Positions 1 to 12,854 of a stretch of 64,000 bases of DNA are shown in pieces. The notes beneath the pieces were generated by a model that saw only the letters and a list, made by a program, of their open reading frames with translations, was not told the origin of the DNA and did not search any database. Position 1 is the first letter of the stretch, and each line of letters starts with the position of its first letter. A program made the position numbers and the translations under genes. The DNA is from Felis catus (Eukaryota). The stretch is from NCBI RefSeq assembly GCF_018350175.1, contig NC_058368.1, forward strand, positions 112,718,001 to 112,782,000, given 5' to 3'.

Positions 1-588
1 TGATTTTTAATTCCAGCTCTTGTTGATCATTAGAAAATGCAGACAATGGCCTTCTCCTTTCTTCCGAATAGCCCTTCAGGTCACTCATTCACATTTTTTA
101 GGCTTCTCCCATCTCTGTTCTACCACTTAATCCTTTAACCCTAATGTGCAATTTCCAGGGGTCTCTTAAGCATCTTTTTCATAGAGCTTCAACAAAAATG
201 GTGAAAACTCCACTGGCAGCTGTGAGGCTGCCCCGGTCCTGCCTGGCCCACCCACTGGCTGGGCTCGGCTGGTTAGTGGATGGATGTGAACTCACAAACC
301 TTCTCACCAAGCCAGTCCTGCAGAGCCATCTGGAGTATTAAGGATTTCAGGATTTGTCTTCTGATTCTGCTCAGGGCTGCCAGCTGGTGGGTGTTTACAA
401 GAAGGAGCCTCTCACAAAACGAGGGTGCCCCATTGTCCCTCATGAATGGACTGTCATCAGCCCCTGGGAGCAGTGGGGTCTGTTTTAGAGAAAATGACTG
501 AAGGTGACACTGTGGAAACTGAGGCTTGGTGCAGACATTACCAGGTAGCCAGTGAAGGAGAGCAGAATGTGCCACCCCAAAAATGACT

Positions 589-1134
589 TGTAGAAGTTCA
601 GGACATGCCACCCCAAAATATGCCCTTTTGGTATATTGATTATTTTGAGCTGTAGGTTCTTGAAAAACAGCAAATGAGGGGGAGGGTCTCTGCAAATGCC
701 CCCTTATCTGCCTGAAATAGATCCTCCAAAAGGAACTCAATTGTTAAGAATCCCCTCCATGGGAGCCTCATCAACCAGGGAAGGTGGAGTCATCATAGGA
801 GAAGAGGCCCCCGACACCCAGACAGACTCTGTCACAAATTCTCACACCTCCCATCTCTTCTTCTGAGGGCCCATTCATCTTACCTAAAAATCATTTACTC
901 TCTTCTGAGAGGTGCACATCCCCCCCCCCCCCCTTTCCCGCTCAAGACTGTATTTAATTCTGAATTCTAAACCACCTCAGAGGGTTACTCATTTTTCCCT
1001 GGGTGTTTCCCTTGTATACATCAGATATACATGCTGCTGAACTTCCATTTTCCTCTTGTTAATCTTTCTTTTCCTACAAGGGTCTCAACTGTGCACTCAG
1101 AAGGGTGGGGGGGGGATTATTTTCTTCCTCTACA
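589..1134 (+). mobile_element. ERV1-class solo LTR, MER34-like
   Basis: TG...CA termini (tgtagaag...ttcctctaca) and signature ATGCCACCCCAAAATATGCCCTTTTGGTATATTGATTATTTTGAGCTG. Confidence 0.75.
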
Positions 1135-1379
1135 CAGGTCTGTCTGTCTCCTTGGCCAGGACTGGATATCCTTCATCATGTGGCCTTTCCTCAGTCCCTG
1201 AGGCCCACCCTTCCCTTATACTGGACCGCAGAAGTTGTTCCGTGGTGGGGACTCAGTGAATTAATTGTCAGAGATTGACTTTTATTGATCAGAATGTCAT
1301 GAAGATTATTTTAAGTGAAAAAAATCTGAACAGACCAGCAGCTAGACTTCTTTTACATTTAAAAAAAAAAAAAAAACTT

Positions 1380-1757
1380 CATAGCAGCACGTTCCCAAAA
1401 TGTAACTGCCACAAATCCTGTGGGTCAGGGTGGGGGGAGGGTAACTGCTAAAAAGGAGACTGTCTGCTTGCACCCAGATGAGAACATCACAAACACTCAT
1501 GCTTCCCATTTTTTTCCCTCAAAAGCTCATGTGTATCCTAAACGTCCTCTTTTTCCTTAGAAACTCTTTCCCCTCACTTTTTTTTTTTTCTGCTAAGGTG
1601 GTATATAAACCCCCATCTTAACTGTTCAAGGAGCCATTTCTTTTCTGCACTTCTATATGTCTATGAATAAACTCTGTCTTTTCTTTTAATCGGCCTTTTC
1701 TTAGTTAATTTACAGGCCCCACGCAGTACAACCTAAGGAGAAGTTTTACTCCCAACA
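1380..1757 (+). mobile_element. 3' part of a second MER34-like LTR
   Basis: TATA (gtatataaa), AATAAA at ~1676 and terminus ttttactcccaaca. Confidence 0.55.
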
Positions 1758-1899
1758 CAGGACACCAAAATTTTCCAGGAACTGTTATTTATCAAGTGTT
1801 GACATTATGTGGGGGGCAAGGCCAGAGTTTCAATATTCTGTAAGAAAGCCAGGATTCCAAATTGTTTATGGCAAGACTTTGTCACCATCGCACAAAACA

Positions 1900-2960
1900 A
1901 ATCTATGCACAGAAAACAAAAAAAGAGGATCTCCATATGTGGTAATAGGTCATAAAGCAAAGTCTTAGTAATGAAACTCTGGAGGACTGGGTAGAGGAAG
2001 AGTTAGACAGGACGCTGGGATGGAACAGAAGGTCCAGAACCTGACACACATGTATGTGGGAACTGATGTGTGCTGGTGGCACACAGTGGGGGGAAAGTTG
2101 GGTTCCTGAATAGATGATGAGGGGGAACCAGCTCCCTAGAAGGACAAAGGCAAAAATGCAATGCTCCACACAAAAGCAACCTCCAGTTGGACTGAAGACT
2201 TAAAAGTGAACGGTGGATCCGTGAAGGTAATAGAAGAAAAAAGAGATGTAATGTCAGAGAATATCTTTGTGACCTTGCATGGGGAAGAGTTTTTTTTACT
2301 CAGAGTAAATACACAGATTATTTCAAAAATAAGGGTTCCTCTTCAAAACAGGGTGCCATAGACAGATTTAATAGACGAGTGATAGACAGGGAGGAGATAT
2401 TTGCAGTGTCTGAAATAGACACTGGGCTAGTATTTAGAACAGATGAGGAACTCTGGAAAGAAGATTTAAAAATACTCCAAACAGAAATCCTGTTAAAAAG
2501 CGGATGAGGGAATGAGAGGGAGAGGCAGTTCACCGAGAGGAGAAATGCACATGGCTCATCAATTATGTGAAGGAAGGTTCAACCTCATTAACTACTGAAG
2601 AGATGCAAATTACAATAACTGCATTTCTCACACAGGCAAACGTGAGAAAGCGGGATAATACCTAGAGCTGGCAGCACGTGGCAGGCCACAGCCCCCAAGG
2701 GCAGACCTTCTGGGGAGCAGTCGGCTGTGCTGAGTGGCGTTAACCCTGGGTATTCCTTCCTGGGTGTGTCATAGGAACACTTAAATAGGACCGCATGCAG
2801 CCATGGGGGTGTGTTTTGCAGCATCATTTGTGGTGACAGAGCGGTTTAGGTGTCCATCACTGTGACAATGAGGAAGTGGAAGGCTGCAGATAGCGGACAG
2901 AGGCAGGGCGCTAGCTTGACACGGATAGGCCATAAAAACCATGGTGTTGAGGGAAACAGA
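1900..2960 (+). mobile_element. Ancient degenerate L1 (L1ME-like) ORF2 3' fragment
   Basis: Remnant motifs such as tggactgaagacttaaaagtgaa and agagatgcaaattacaataac. Confidence 0.55.
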
Positions 2961-3805
2961 AGACGGGTCATAATTTTGTACCATAATCCCTTTTATGTAA
3001 CTAACAATCACCCAAAAATATATTTTTCCATACCCCCACTGGAATGTAAGCTCCAGGAGGGCAGAGAAATTAGGGTTTCGATGGTCTCTAAGTGTTCCCA
3101 ACCTCTAGGACTCTGCACATGGTAGGTGCAAAAGAGATAGTTCTTGAGTGAACAACACATAAATACATATGTATGTTCATAATTAATATAAATACATTCA
3201 AGTGGGTAATTTTTGGGGGTGGGGGAGAATGGGAATGAGGATAAAGTGTATGTGAGAAACAAAAAATGATGATAATGTTTTATCATCTGACTCATAGTTC
3301 TATTCACGTTTTGGTTTTTTTTTGTGCCTGGGTGTCGGGGGAGCACTAGGAGAAAAAATACCAAAATATGAATTATTCTTAGATGGTGGGAATTAACACT
3401 GACCTTTTTGTTCCCACTGTTTTTCTAGATTTTCTAAAAATCTGTAATCAATGTATTTTATGTTCATCATTCCCAAACCCAACACTTGAAAATGTCTTTG
3501 AGAGGGGCAGTGCCCCGATACCAAGGTTCCCCCTTTGCTTCTGCCAGCAACCTCCCACTTCCCTCCAATACAACACATAACACACTTTTACAGAATTCTA
3601 GTATCTCTGTCTCTGCTTTTACCTTGACCAGTAGAAAGCATTAGCAATCTCTCCCTTTTCTTCAAGACTAACCTCCTAGTTTTAGGACTGTGTTTGGCTT
3701 CCTAAAATAACTGACCTCTGGCCTTCTATCCTGCCCTGTTCTGAGGGTTTGTTTTGGTTCCTTTCTCACTCTTCCCCAGTTTATCCCAACTTGGTAGTCT
3801 ACCCC

Positions 3806-4480
3806 ACTATATTGGGTTGAATAGCGTCTCCCCCAAATTAACATCCTCCCTGAAACTTCAGAATGGGACCTTATTTGGAGATAAGGTGTTGCAGGTGTAA
3901 TTAGATAAGATGAAGTCCTACCAGAGTACAGTGGGCCCTTAATCCCAAATGATTGGTCCGTATAAGCCTGTTCTCATAAGAACAGGATAAAAGACAGAAA
4001 CAAACAGAAGATCACTGTGTGACAACAGATCAGAGATTCAAGTGATTTGTCAACAAGACAAGGATCTCCAAGGAAACAAGAAAGAGGCAAGGAAGGATCT
4101 TACCCTAGATCCTTCAGAGTAAACATGGCCCTGGTAACAACTTGATTTTCAACTTCTGGCCTCTAGCATTGTGAGGGAATCACCTCTGTGTTTTATTTTT
4201 TTTTAATTTTTTTTAACGTTTATTTATTTTTGAGACAGAGAGAGAGCATGAACAGGAGAGGGGCAGAGAGAGAGGGAGACACAGAATCTGAAACAGGTTC
4301 CAGGGTCTGAGCTGTCAGCACAGAGCCCGGTGCGGGGCTTGAACTCACGGACCATGAGATCATGACCTGAACCGAAGTTGGACGCTTAACCGACTGAGCC
4401 ACCCAGGCGCCCCATCACTTCTGTGTTTTAAGTGCTCACATTCATGGTACTTTGTCACAGCAGTGCTAAGCCTAATATAT
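3806..4480 (+). mobile_element. MaLR LTR (MLT1B/C-like) interrupted by a SINE
   Basis: gggttgaat...gaccttatttggagataagg...gtgggcccttaatcc, and 3' part atggtactttgtcacagcag. Confidence 0.8.
4196..4413 (-). mobile_element. CanSINE (felid SINEC_Fc type)
   Basis: tRNA-derived head GGGGCGCCTGGGTGGCTCAGTCGG, (CT)n, A-tail. TSD atcac[c/t]tctgtgtttta at 4179-4195 and 4414-4430. Confidence 0.97.
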
Positions 4481-4784
4481 CCCCCTATACTCAACTGGGT
4501 GTCCATAGGGAGGATTTTCAGTGCCAAGAAAAGCCTTGCCTGCCCCTAGTATCCTCCTTCTCTGGTTTTCTCAGCATCCAAAAACTTGGAGGAAGAAGAG
4601 AGAGAGAGATCTACTTCATACTTTTATTTATGCTAATACTAGTTCCAGCTGAAAAAACTGTAAGATAAGATTTAGCTATTTTCCTCTAATGAAATGTTTA
4701 TGTGGTCATTGCAGCCAACAGAAAAAGATATCTTCAGAATCTGGAAGATGCACTGGAAAGATTAAAATCCAGTACAATTCTCTT

Positions 4785-5004
4785 TTTTTTCTTTAAAAAA
4801 ATTTTTTTAATGTTTATTTATTTTTGAGACATAGAGAGCATGGGTGGGGAAGGACAGAGAGAGAGGGAGACACAGAATCTGAAGGAGGCTCCAGGCTCTG
4901 AGCTGTTAGCTCAGAGCCTGATGCGGGGCTCACAGTCACAGACCGTGAGATCATGACCTGAGCCGAAGTCAGATGCTTAACTAACTGAGCGACCCAGGCG
5001 CCCC
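4785..5004 (-). mobile_element. CanSINE
   Basis: Same head, body and tail; degenerate TSD cagta[c/g]aattct. Confidence 0.95.
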
Positions 5005-5418
5005 TCAGTAGAATTCTTTTTCTTCTGGGGATATCACTTCTGAACGCACTTTCCAATACCTCTGCTCTAGCAATGAGCAGTTTGGCCTGGGCCACACCCT
5101 TCTCTACCTCCAGATACCCGGATAGAAAATGGGAATCCTTATTGCTCTCCTGCCCTGCTGCTACTCCATGGGGCTCCTGTCTTGGAGGAGAAGATGAGGA
5201 GCCTGCACTTCTCTGCCTCCTCTCTCTGTGTCTCTGCACTGTGAGAGCTCCCTGCTGGGAAGCACGGAGAGTCCCCAGGGACAGAAGAAGCAGGGTCCCT
5301 GCACCTCACGGACAAGCAGGCTGTCCTGGACACATCCAGGAGATAGATGGTCACCTTTTCTGACTGTGCCATTGCTCCAACTGTGCTGAGTCCCCGGCAG
5401 ATTGAGATGTGTTTGTTC

Positions 5419-5642
5419 TTTTTTTTTTTTTTTTTTTTTTTTTTAGTATTTTTATTTATTTCTGAGAGAGACAGAGTACGAGTGGGGAAGGGGCATAGAG
5501 AGAGGGAGACAGAGAATCCAAAGCAGGTTCCAGGCTCTGAGCTGTCAGCACAGAGCCCGATGCGGGGCTTGAACTTGTGAACTGCGAGATCGTGACCTGA
5601 GCTGAAGTCCGATGTTTAACTGAGTGAACCATCCAGCTGCCC
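5419..5642 (-). mobile_element. CanSINE
   Basis: Long poly(T) tail; TSD tgagatgtgtt[t/g]gttc at 5403 and 5643. Confidence 0.95.
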
Positions 5643-7221
5643 TGAGATGTGTTGGTTCTTTTGCTCTCATGTGCCACTCACCCCCTTTCTGGGAGGCCCC
5701 CCTTTCCAACAGCACTTGTCCAACTCCTCCAAGCCTTGTCCCCTCCAGTCCATTTTCTAAGGCAGGCACAGTGGGTGTTTCCAAAGCACACATATGAGTC
5801 ACTCACTCATTTCCTGAAACCTTTTGGTGGCTCTTCATTTACCCGAAAATGAAGCCCAGTTTATTAGGTGGTAAGGCCATGGGTGAGGTGGTGTTCTTCA
5901 GTGCCTCTGTCACCTGCCACCTCTCCCTTTTCCTCCCTATAATGTGGAGCCACTTAACAGTTCTCTACATAGGGCCTCTTTCCCCTATCTGTACCGAACT
6001 ATTTCATGTGCAGTTTTTATGCCTAGCGCCATCTTTCCCATTCCCTGCTGGCCGTGTAGGTCTCCCATAGCCTCAGGTTCCATTTAAACATGTCTCCTTA
6101 GAGAAATCTTTAAACACACATGGTCAGCTGTCCCACTAAGTCAAGTTTTAAAACCTCCCTTTAAAAAAATAAAATAAAACCTCCCTTTTACTGCTTAGCA
6201 CTCAGCATGATTTGTAAAGCCCCATTTATCTGTATGATTGTATGAAGAATGCCTATCCCCTCCCCTGGATTATCAGGTCCTGAGAGCAGGAACTGTGTTT
6301 ATCTTATTCATCATCATCCCAGCACCCAGCCTAGAGCCTGGTTCATACTACAGGCTTAATAAATGTTTGTTGCAGGAATGCTGGATTTTCAGATAGCTCT
6401 GTAACAAGGTCTACCCAGTCGCGATATTCTCTGGGCCTACAGACCATACTCGCATCCTGTCCTCCTGACATGTTTTCCACACTTAATCCATGAAACTGCT
6501 CCTAGTAAAATACATGCCTGCGTGTTGATGGGGTGTGCAGCATACTTGATTAATGATGTCCTATGATGATTAATTTATATAGCATTATAACTTTTTTTCA
6601 GAGAAAAATCCTTCATTTCTATTTGATTTAATTTGTGCTGCTACTCATCGACTAATATTCTCTAGAACTGTCTCCATTTTGTCCATATCTCTGATACTTT
6701 ACGCTGATAGTTGCACTTGCAGAGGAAATGATATTTTCCCCATTTTTTTTTTTTTGTATGTGTAGTGATGAATCTTTTCTACGGAGATATTTTTCAAAAA
6801 ATAATCTCTGTCTGTATTTGGCAGGAGCTCTGCCTACCCATTTCCTTCCTCCCCCTCCCCTGCTGCTCTATCTTTCCTGCCCATGCCATTTCTTTCCACA
6901 GCAATATTTTAGCAGCGCTTGAGGCTTATGCACTTTCAGTGGTCTGCATTTTTCCAACTGGAAATATTCTCTTGGCCTGTTTTTAACCAGGGAGTTCACA
7001 GGTAGTAGTTTTTCTCATTCCAGAAAGATCTTCAGGGGTTGGGGGAAGGAAGCTTAGCAGAGATCAGGAAGACCCTCTGAATAGATGAGGTGCTGAAGCT
7101 TAAGTTACGTTTATTGGGAGCAAAGTTGTGCCGGGAATCCAGTGGGCTCATCTCCACTGAGCTCTGGGTGGTAGGAATTATGTATGTATTCTGGGTCGGT
7201 TGGGTTCCCTGCAGAGTTTTA

Positions 7222-7437
7222 AATTTTTTTTTTTCAACGTTTATTTATTTTTGGGACAGAGAGAGACAGAGCATGAACGGGGGAGGGGCAGAGAGAGAGG
7301 GAGACACAGAATCGGAAACAGGCTCCAGGCTCCGAGCCATCAGCCCAGAGCCTGACGCGGGGCTCGAACTCACGGACCGCGAGATCGTGACCTGGCTGAA
7401 GTTGGACGCTTAACCGACTGCGCCACCCAGGCGCCCC
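7222..7437 (-). mobile_element. Young CanSINE (SINEC_Fc)
   Basis: CpGs intact; perfect 16-bp TSD tccctgcagagtttta at 7206-7221 and 7438-7453. Confidence 0.98.
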
Positions 7438-10400
7438 TCCCTGCAGAGTTTTATATTGTTCATCTAATTTAATCCTCATCGGCACTCTGGGAGGTCACTG
7501 TCATTAATTCACTCACCACTCATTTATTTATTTACAGAGATTAGGGTAAGAGCCAGTGTTTGGGTGGGGGAAAACAGGCATTCCATTTCAGACATGTTAC
7601 AGCTCTAATGCCCCAGTTTTCAAAGTAAGAAAAGGAATTTGCAATAGATGCCTAAGATTGCACAGTTACCAGGAGATGGCACTGGGATTAGAAGCTGGGT
7701 CAGTCTGATTAGAGAGCCAAGTTCTTGGATCTCCATTCCACAGGCTTGAGGAAATGAAGCATGGCTGCACTGGGTGCTCAGCAGAGCCTGTTCCCTGCTC
7801 TTGTCCTCATCAAGCAAAGTGGCCTCCTTATCCCGCCTGATTTTTTGTCACCCAACATACACTATCCCTATATTTTAGAGGCTGATACTCTTGGCATAAA
7901 CCCTAGGAGAGGACAATCACATAACTTCAGGCATTCGCTGTGACCCAATGAAAAATTGTCATGAAAGGATACATTAATTAGCTCACTTCCTATGATGACT
8001 CATTAACAAATGCCCTGGTGAAAGTGTTCCTCCAAATGCTTAGGTAGGAAAATAGAAAAAGAGCTAGTGTGGGCAGAAGTCATGTCTGTCCCTTCTCCTG
8101 AGATCAGCCAGTCCCCTGGATCTTGCTCTCAGACATGGAAGCTGATGATTCTGGCCCCAGTGTGGACCTGTGGACTGGCATGTATGCCCTATTCTCACCA
8201 TACCTGCATATGCTCAGGTGGGGGGGTGGTCCCATGACAGTTCATCATGTGACATTTGTGATCCTTTTCTTCTTACATTCTCTATCACCAGATGCTCAAG
8301 CAGAGGGCTTGGGTGACACAGTCTGATCCCTGAGGGTACTGGGGATTTATATATAAGTGAGTGCTTTAAGGAGTTTTCTGCCAGATTCTCTTTAAAAAAA
8401 AAAAAACCAAAAAACAAAAAACCAACAACTTGCTTTTAAGATGTGCAGCCTTGACAGCTTAAAAAATATTTTCCTGAAGGAAAAGGAAACAATTTTCAAG
8501 TCATTTCCTGCATGTTAAATAGGCATTTGTTTATACTACCAGCCTGGCTTTCAAACTTCAAGGAAATCTATTTTCCCAGAGTGTTGGCTTATAAAATTTA
8601 AAAATCCTAAAAATATTCAAAGCACGACAAACAGGTGCAAAATGCAGATTCCACTGGATGCTGGGGCAACCCACGTATTCAACTTGTCAGTACTGCCTCA
8701 GGCCCTGGGTGGGCCTTCACTCAAGCTTTCTGGCTTCTTGGCTCCCTGGCTCCATATGGCCTGAATTCAGATGTGCTTTGAGCTCTCCCTACCACAATAA
8801 AAAGACACTACTCCTCCTCTCCCCTCCTCTTTTCTCTTCCATTTTGATAAGTTTGCAAGCAGATTACAAACTGTCATCTCAACACCTTTACCTTACACAA
8901 TGGGACCTCACTAGAGATCATAGCAGGTGGCAAATTGGTCTGATTTATCATTATTTGCATTTTTAATTTGTGGTATTTTAGGCCCAGAGAGTTTTTTTTA
9001 TGGGTCTTAAAATGGCAACACAAACATCGATACATAATTCATCATCTACTTTTCATAATACCTGTGGTTAACAACCCATTGACATCAACACTTGAAGCAA
9101 GATGAAGCTACAAGCTTTAGCTGTCTTGCCCCCCCCTACTTTTCTCATCGCTGGTCTATAAGAATAAATTGCTGATGGAAGCACAATCAGCAGCCTCCAT
9201 ACTGATGTGTCAACATGAAAAGCCTGCTTAGTTGTAGCTTTGTTATTATTCAGAATGACCAAGTCTTAAGTAATGAAGGTAAAGTGTTTGGGCCTCCACG
9301 GTCCCTTGACTTGGGAACATGGGGTGCTTTTAAATTTAAGCAAAAGGTCAAAGAGCAGGAGGGATACCCCAATCCTCACCCTGTTTTCTCTTTCCTTCCA
9401 AATCCCTAAATCTCTTTCCACAGTTTTCCCCACCCCTTCCTGCTCCCACTGGGCACTGCTGTTGGCATAACTCTGGGATGGAAGAGAGATTAGCACCTCT
9501 AATCCTTTTGAAACATCAGCTTTATAGATAAGCCATATGCATATACAGGATGCCCTGGAATTTGGGAAGATACCAGTGAAATAAAGAGGATCTTCAGCAG
9601 ATTTACCAGAAGGATGATCAGTGAATATAGCCAAACAGACTAATTCGAGAGAAATGTGAAGACCTTGTTGTGTTCTTGGTGGCAGAGACTGTAACTCAAT
9701 GGGGATAGAGAAATTCCTAATTTTTTCCATGCTATTCCAGGTGCCTCTACATAGAGCCTGTTCCATCGGGATAAAACATCGCACGCCAGTCTTCCCATGC
9801 CAGTCTTCCCTTTCCTTGTCTCCTACTATATAGATAAACCAGTTAATCAGAATGTCATTGGTGCCCTCCAGGAGTTTAGTGGTTCCTGGCACCATATAAT
9901 GCAGCATATGATTGGTCTTATGTTATTTAATGTGTGTTGGTTTGATCCGCTTACCCACCCTGTACCCTTCTGTAGAGCTTTCCCATTTACTGTGTCTCTC
10001 AAATTGCTCTATTAGATTCATACACGTAGGAAGAGTTTAAATCACAGATAAAAGTAATCACGTGCTTCATCAGTTGAAATGATTATCCTTTGAGGATTTC
10101 CTTCATTCCTTTCATCAAGTATTTCTGGAATGCTTACGAGATTACTGAGCACCATACACGGCATTAGGAAGGTCTCATTGAATTTTCGCATCTTTTTAGA
10201 CCCCAGAAGATTAGAGATGCATGAGAAAAATCTTTGAGGAGATATGTAATTTCCACAACAAAAATAATGGTTTGCTAGCAGGCATCTGACTCTAGCCACA
10301 ATTTACTGGAGACCTTGACATTGGCTGTACTTCTTGCTAATGACTAGACTCTATTCTGGTGATAAATTACAATGACTTCAAAAATAATAGACTGGGCAAC

Positions 10401-12399
10401 TGATTGAGGTTTCCATGCATGAGTCTGGTCAGGAGGAGCCATTCCCAGAGTGAGTGTCTTAGAGGATCTGGAGGATGACATATGACACCTCCTGTCGGAA
10501 CCCGGTATCTTTTTGTACAGCTGATGATACTGGGTCATCAGCATAACACGTGGCTACAGTCAGCTGTGTGTCGTCCCTTTAAAGTAGGACAGACTCCTAA
10601 AGAGTGTATTTTAGAACCACACTTGCTCTTTATTCTTTTATTACAAATTGACTTGTCTTTTGCTAAGCTGCTCTCTTCTCTGAGAAGATTTATAATGTCA
10701 GGAATGCACATACAAGGATAGTTGAATAAGTAATAAAGTTCTAAAGGAACGCTTATGTTAATTTATAATGCGCCATTTGTCGACAATGTGAAAGACATTA
10801 TTTCAAACAAAGGTAACTAGAGGGATGTTAATAGCCAGCAAATGTATTTATGCTAACTCTTATTCTGAGTAAGTCACTGCATTGTGGAATGGATTTGTCA
10901 TCATGTTAGTAGTGTTCTTAATTGTCTCTAATTTTCCTAATTTACTTTTTAAATCAAAATATCATGCTTTCCACAAACTTCCACTTTTAGATATTATATA
11001 TACTAAAATATGCTAGACTTTTAGTCTTTGTAAAGGAAACAAATGGCTCAGATGGAATTCCAAATGTTAGTCTAGCATCGTCTTATTTAGTAAGGCTGGC
11101 ATGTTCCCAAATTCCAGATAAGTAGAGGATTGTGCAATTAGCCACATAACCTGATCCAAAATTTTTTTCCTTGAATTGTTTTTTTTTCTTGGCCAGAAAT
11201 ATCTAAATTAATTGGGTTGGCCATTTCTTTTACAAGGCCTGTGAAGATTCACTCTAGCTGAGGGAATAAGCTGAGGGAATAAGCAAAATCCCACCAAGCT
11301 TCCTTGGGATATCATTGGTCTTACTACTGGTGGGTGGAGTTTATGGTACAGAAACAAGGAAAGAACAGGCAAGACCTACGTTCTTGGGAGCTTCTTTGGG
11401 TAATTTCTCCATCTCCGTCCACCAATTTTTTTAGCTGAGGCTATGGACAATGCAGGAATTGGGAAGTTGCTCTGCTTCAGTAGATCAGTCCAAGATAGGG
11501 GGAACACATAGGGTAAAATTAATTATAGGACTCTTCATCTATTCACAGTCTGCGGTACCCTGCAGCTTTTTGTGAGCCTGGCTCTTCTGTCTGTGGCTGT
11601 GGGTGATCTATTCCTTCAGAGAGGCCTCTGTGGTCTCACGCATACACAACTAAATTGTCCCTATCTTTAGTCCCAGGGCCTCACACTCCAGGTCCTCTAA
11701 TTCATCTACCAGTGAACTAAATTTCCAGAACTTAGCTTCATCATTTTAGCCCCCTTATTGCAAGTTTCAGTGGCTCTCCCGTGTCCTACAGGATAGCATC
11801 TGATACACAGAACCCTCTGAGATCTGCCCCCAGCTCATCTCTGCAGCACGCCTCCTGTGTGCCCCTCCAGGAAGTCTTTATTCTGGTCACATGCAGCTTC
11901 TCAGAAGCCCCCTGACTGTTCTGGGCCATTCTGGATATCACCTTCACTTGCCTCCTCCCAATTCCCACCTCTCTCTTCCCACTGATCTAATTCCTCCTGC
12001 TCTGCAAGGCCCAGCCCCATTCTGTTGCCTCCTTTGAGATCTCCCTGAACACTGTGTGGTCCATGGGGCTTCCCTCGCTGTGAATTGGTACCCATCCTCG
12101 GCCACCTATTTGTGTCCCTCCAGGGACAGCTCTTACAGCGACACCTTATTTGGACAATGCACTTTTCTCCTGCAGGTTAACCTCTTTTCCCAGCTCCATG
12201 GTCAGCCATGCATGTGACACCTTTTTGTATGTTCCATGGCATCATAGGCTCTGATAAGTTGGCTCAGGATGAGAAATTATGAACCTAGTTGTAGCTCCTA
12301 CCCTTCCAGGCATACCTTCTGCAGCCAAGAATTTCTTCATCATTCAAAGACAAATGAACCCCGAGAATCCCAATGCATGAACAATTCCCAGAAAGGCTA

Positions 12400-12612
12400 A
12401 GAGCTAGCTCTGGAATGCCTAGATGAGAACAGCGGCTTTGCTACTTACTAGCTGTATGATATCTCTCTACCTGTGTGCCCTCACATAAAATGGGGATTAT
12501 AATGGTATCCAAATTAATGGTTGTTGAGGGGACTAAACAGCATCATATAGGTAAGGCAGTTAATGCTTGGCACACAATAAGTGCCCACGAAATATTCTCA
12601 CTAAGTATTATT
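12400..12612 (+). mobile_element. MIR SINE remnant
   Basis: ctacttactagctgtatga...taaaatggggattataatggta...ttgttgagg...cttggcacacaataagtgc core. Confidence 0.7.
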
Positions 12613-12628
12613 AAATAGTGTCAAAAGA

Positions 12629-12854
12629 GGGGCGCCTGGGTGGCGCAGTCGGTTAAGCGTCCGACTTCAGCCAGGTCACGATCTCGCGGTCCGTGAGTTC
12701 GAGCCCCACGTCAGGCTCTGGGCTGATGGCTCGGAGCCTGGAGCCTGTTTCCCATTCTGTGTCTCCCTCTCTCTCTGCCCCTCCCCCGTTCATGCTCTGT
12801 CTCTCTCTGTCCCAAAAATAAATAAAAAACATTGAAAACAAATTAAAAAAAAAT
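12629..12854 (+). mobile_element. Young CanSINE (SINEC_Fc)
   Basis: Near-identical to 7222-7437; TSD aa[a/g]tagtgtcaaaaga at 12613-12628 and 12855-12870. Confidence 0.98.

Noticed and set aside
273..740. 155-aa minus-strand ORF as a further TRPC7 exon
   Set aside because: No resemblance to the next TRPC7 segment (NDYRKLSMQCK..., recalled), and it overlaps an LTR.
3967..3986. Hairpin cctgttct-cata-agaacagg
   Set aside because: 8-bp stem inside a MaLR LTR; expected by chance.
4220..7485. Recurring short ORFs (MAQSVKRPTS..., ...ERQSMNGGGAEREGDTE...)
   Set aside because: Translations of CanSINE copies, not a gene family.
11256..11284. 13-bp tandem duplication agctgagggaata x2 (similarly 14-bp period at 9785-9810)
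   Set aside because: Ordinary slippage duplications with no supporting context.
12629..12710. tRNA-like A/B box sequence
   Set aside because: tRNA-derived SINE head, not a tRNA gene.
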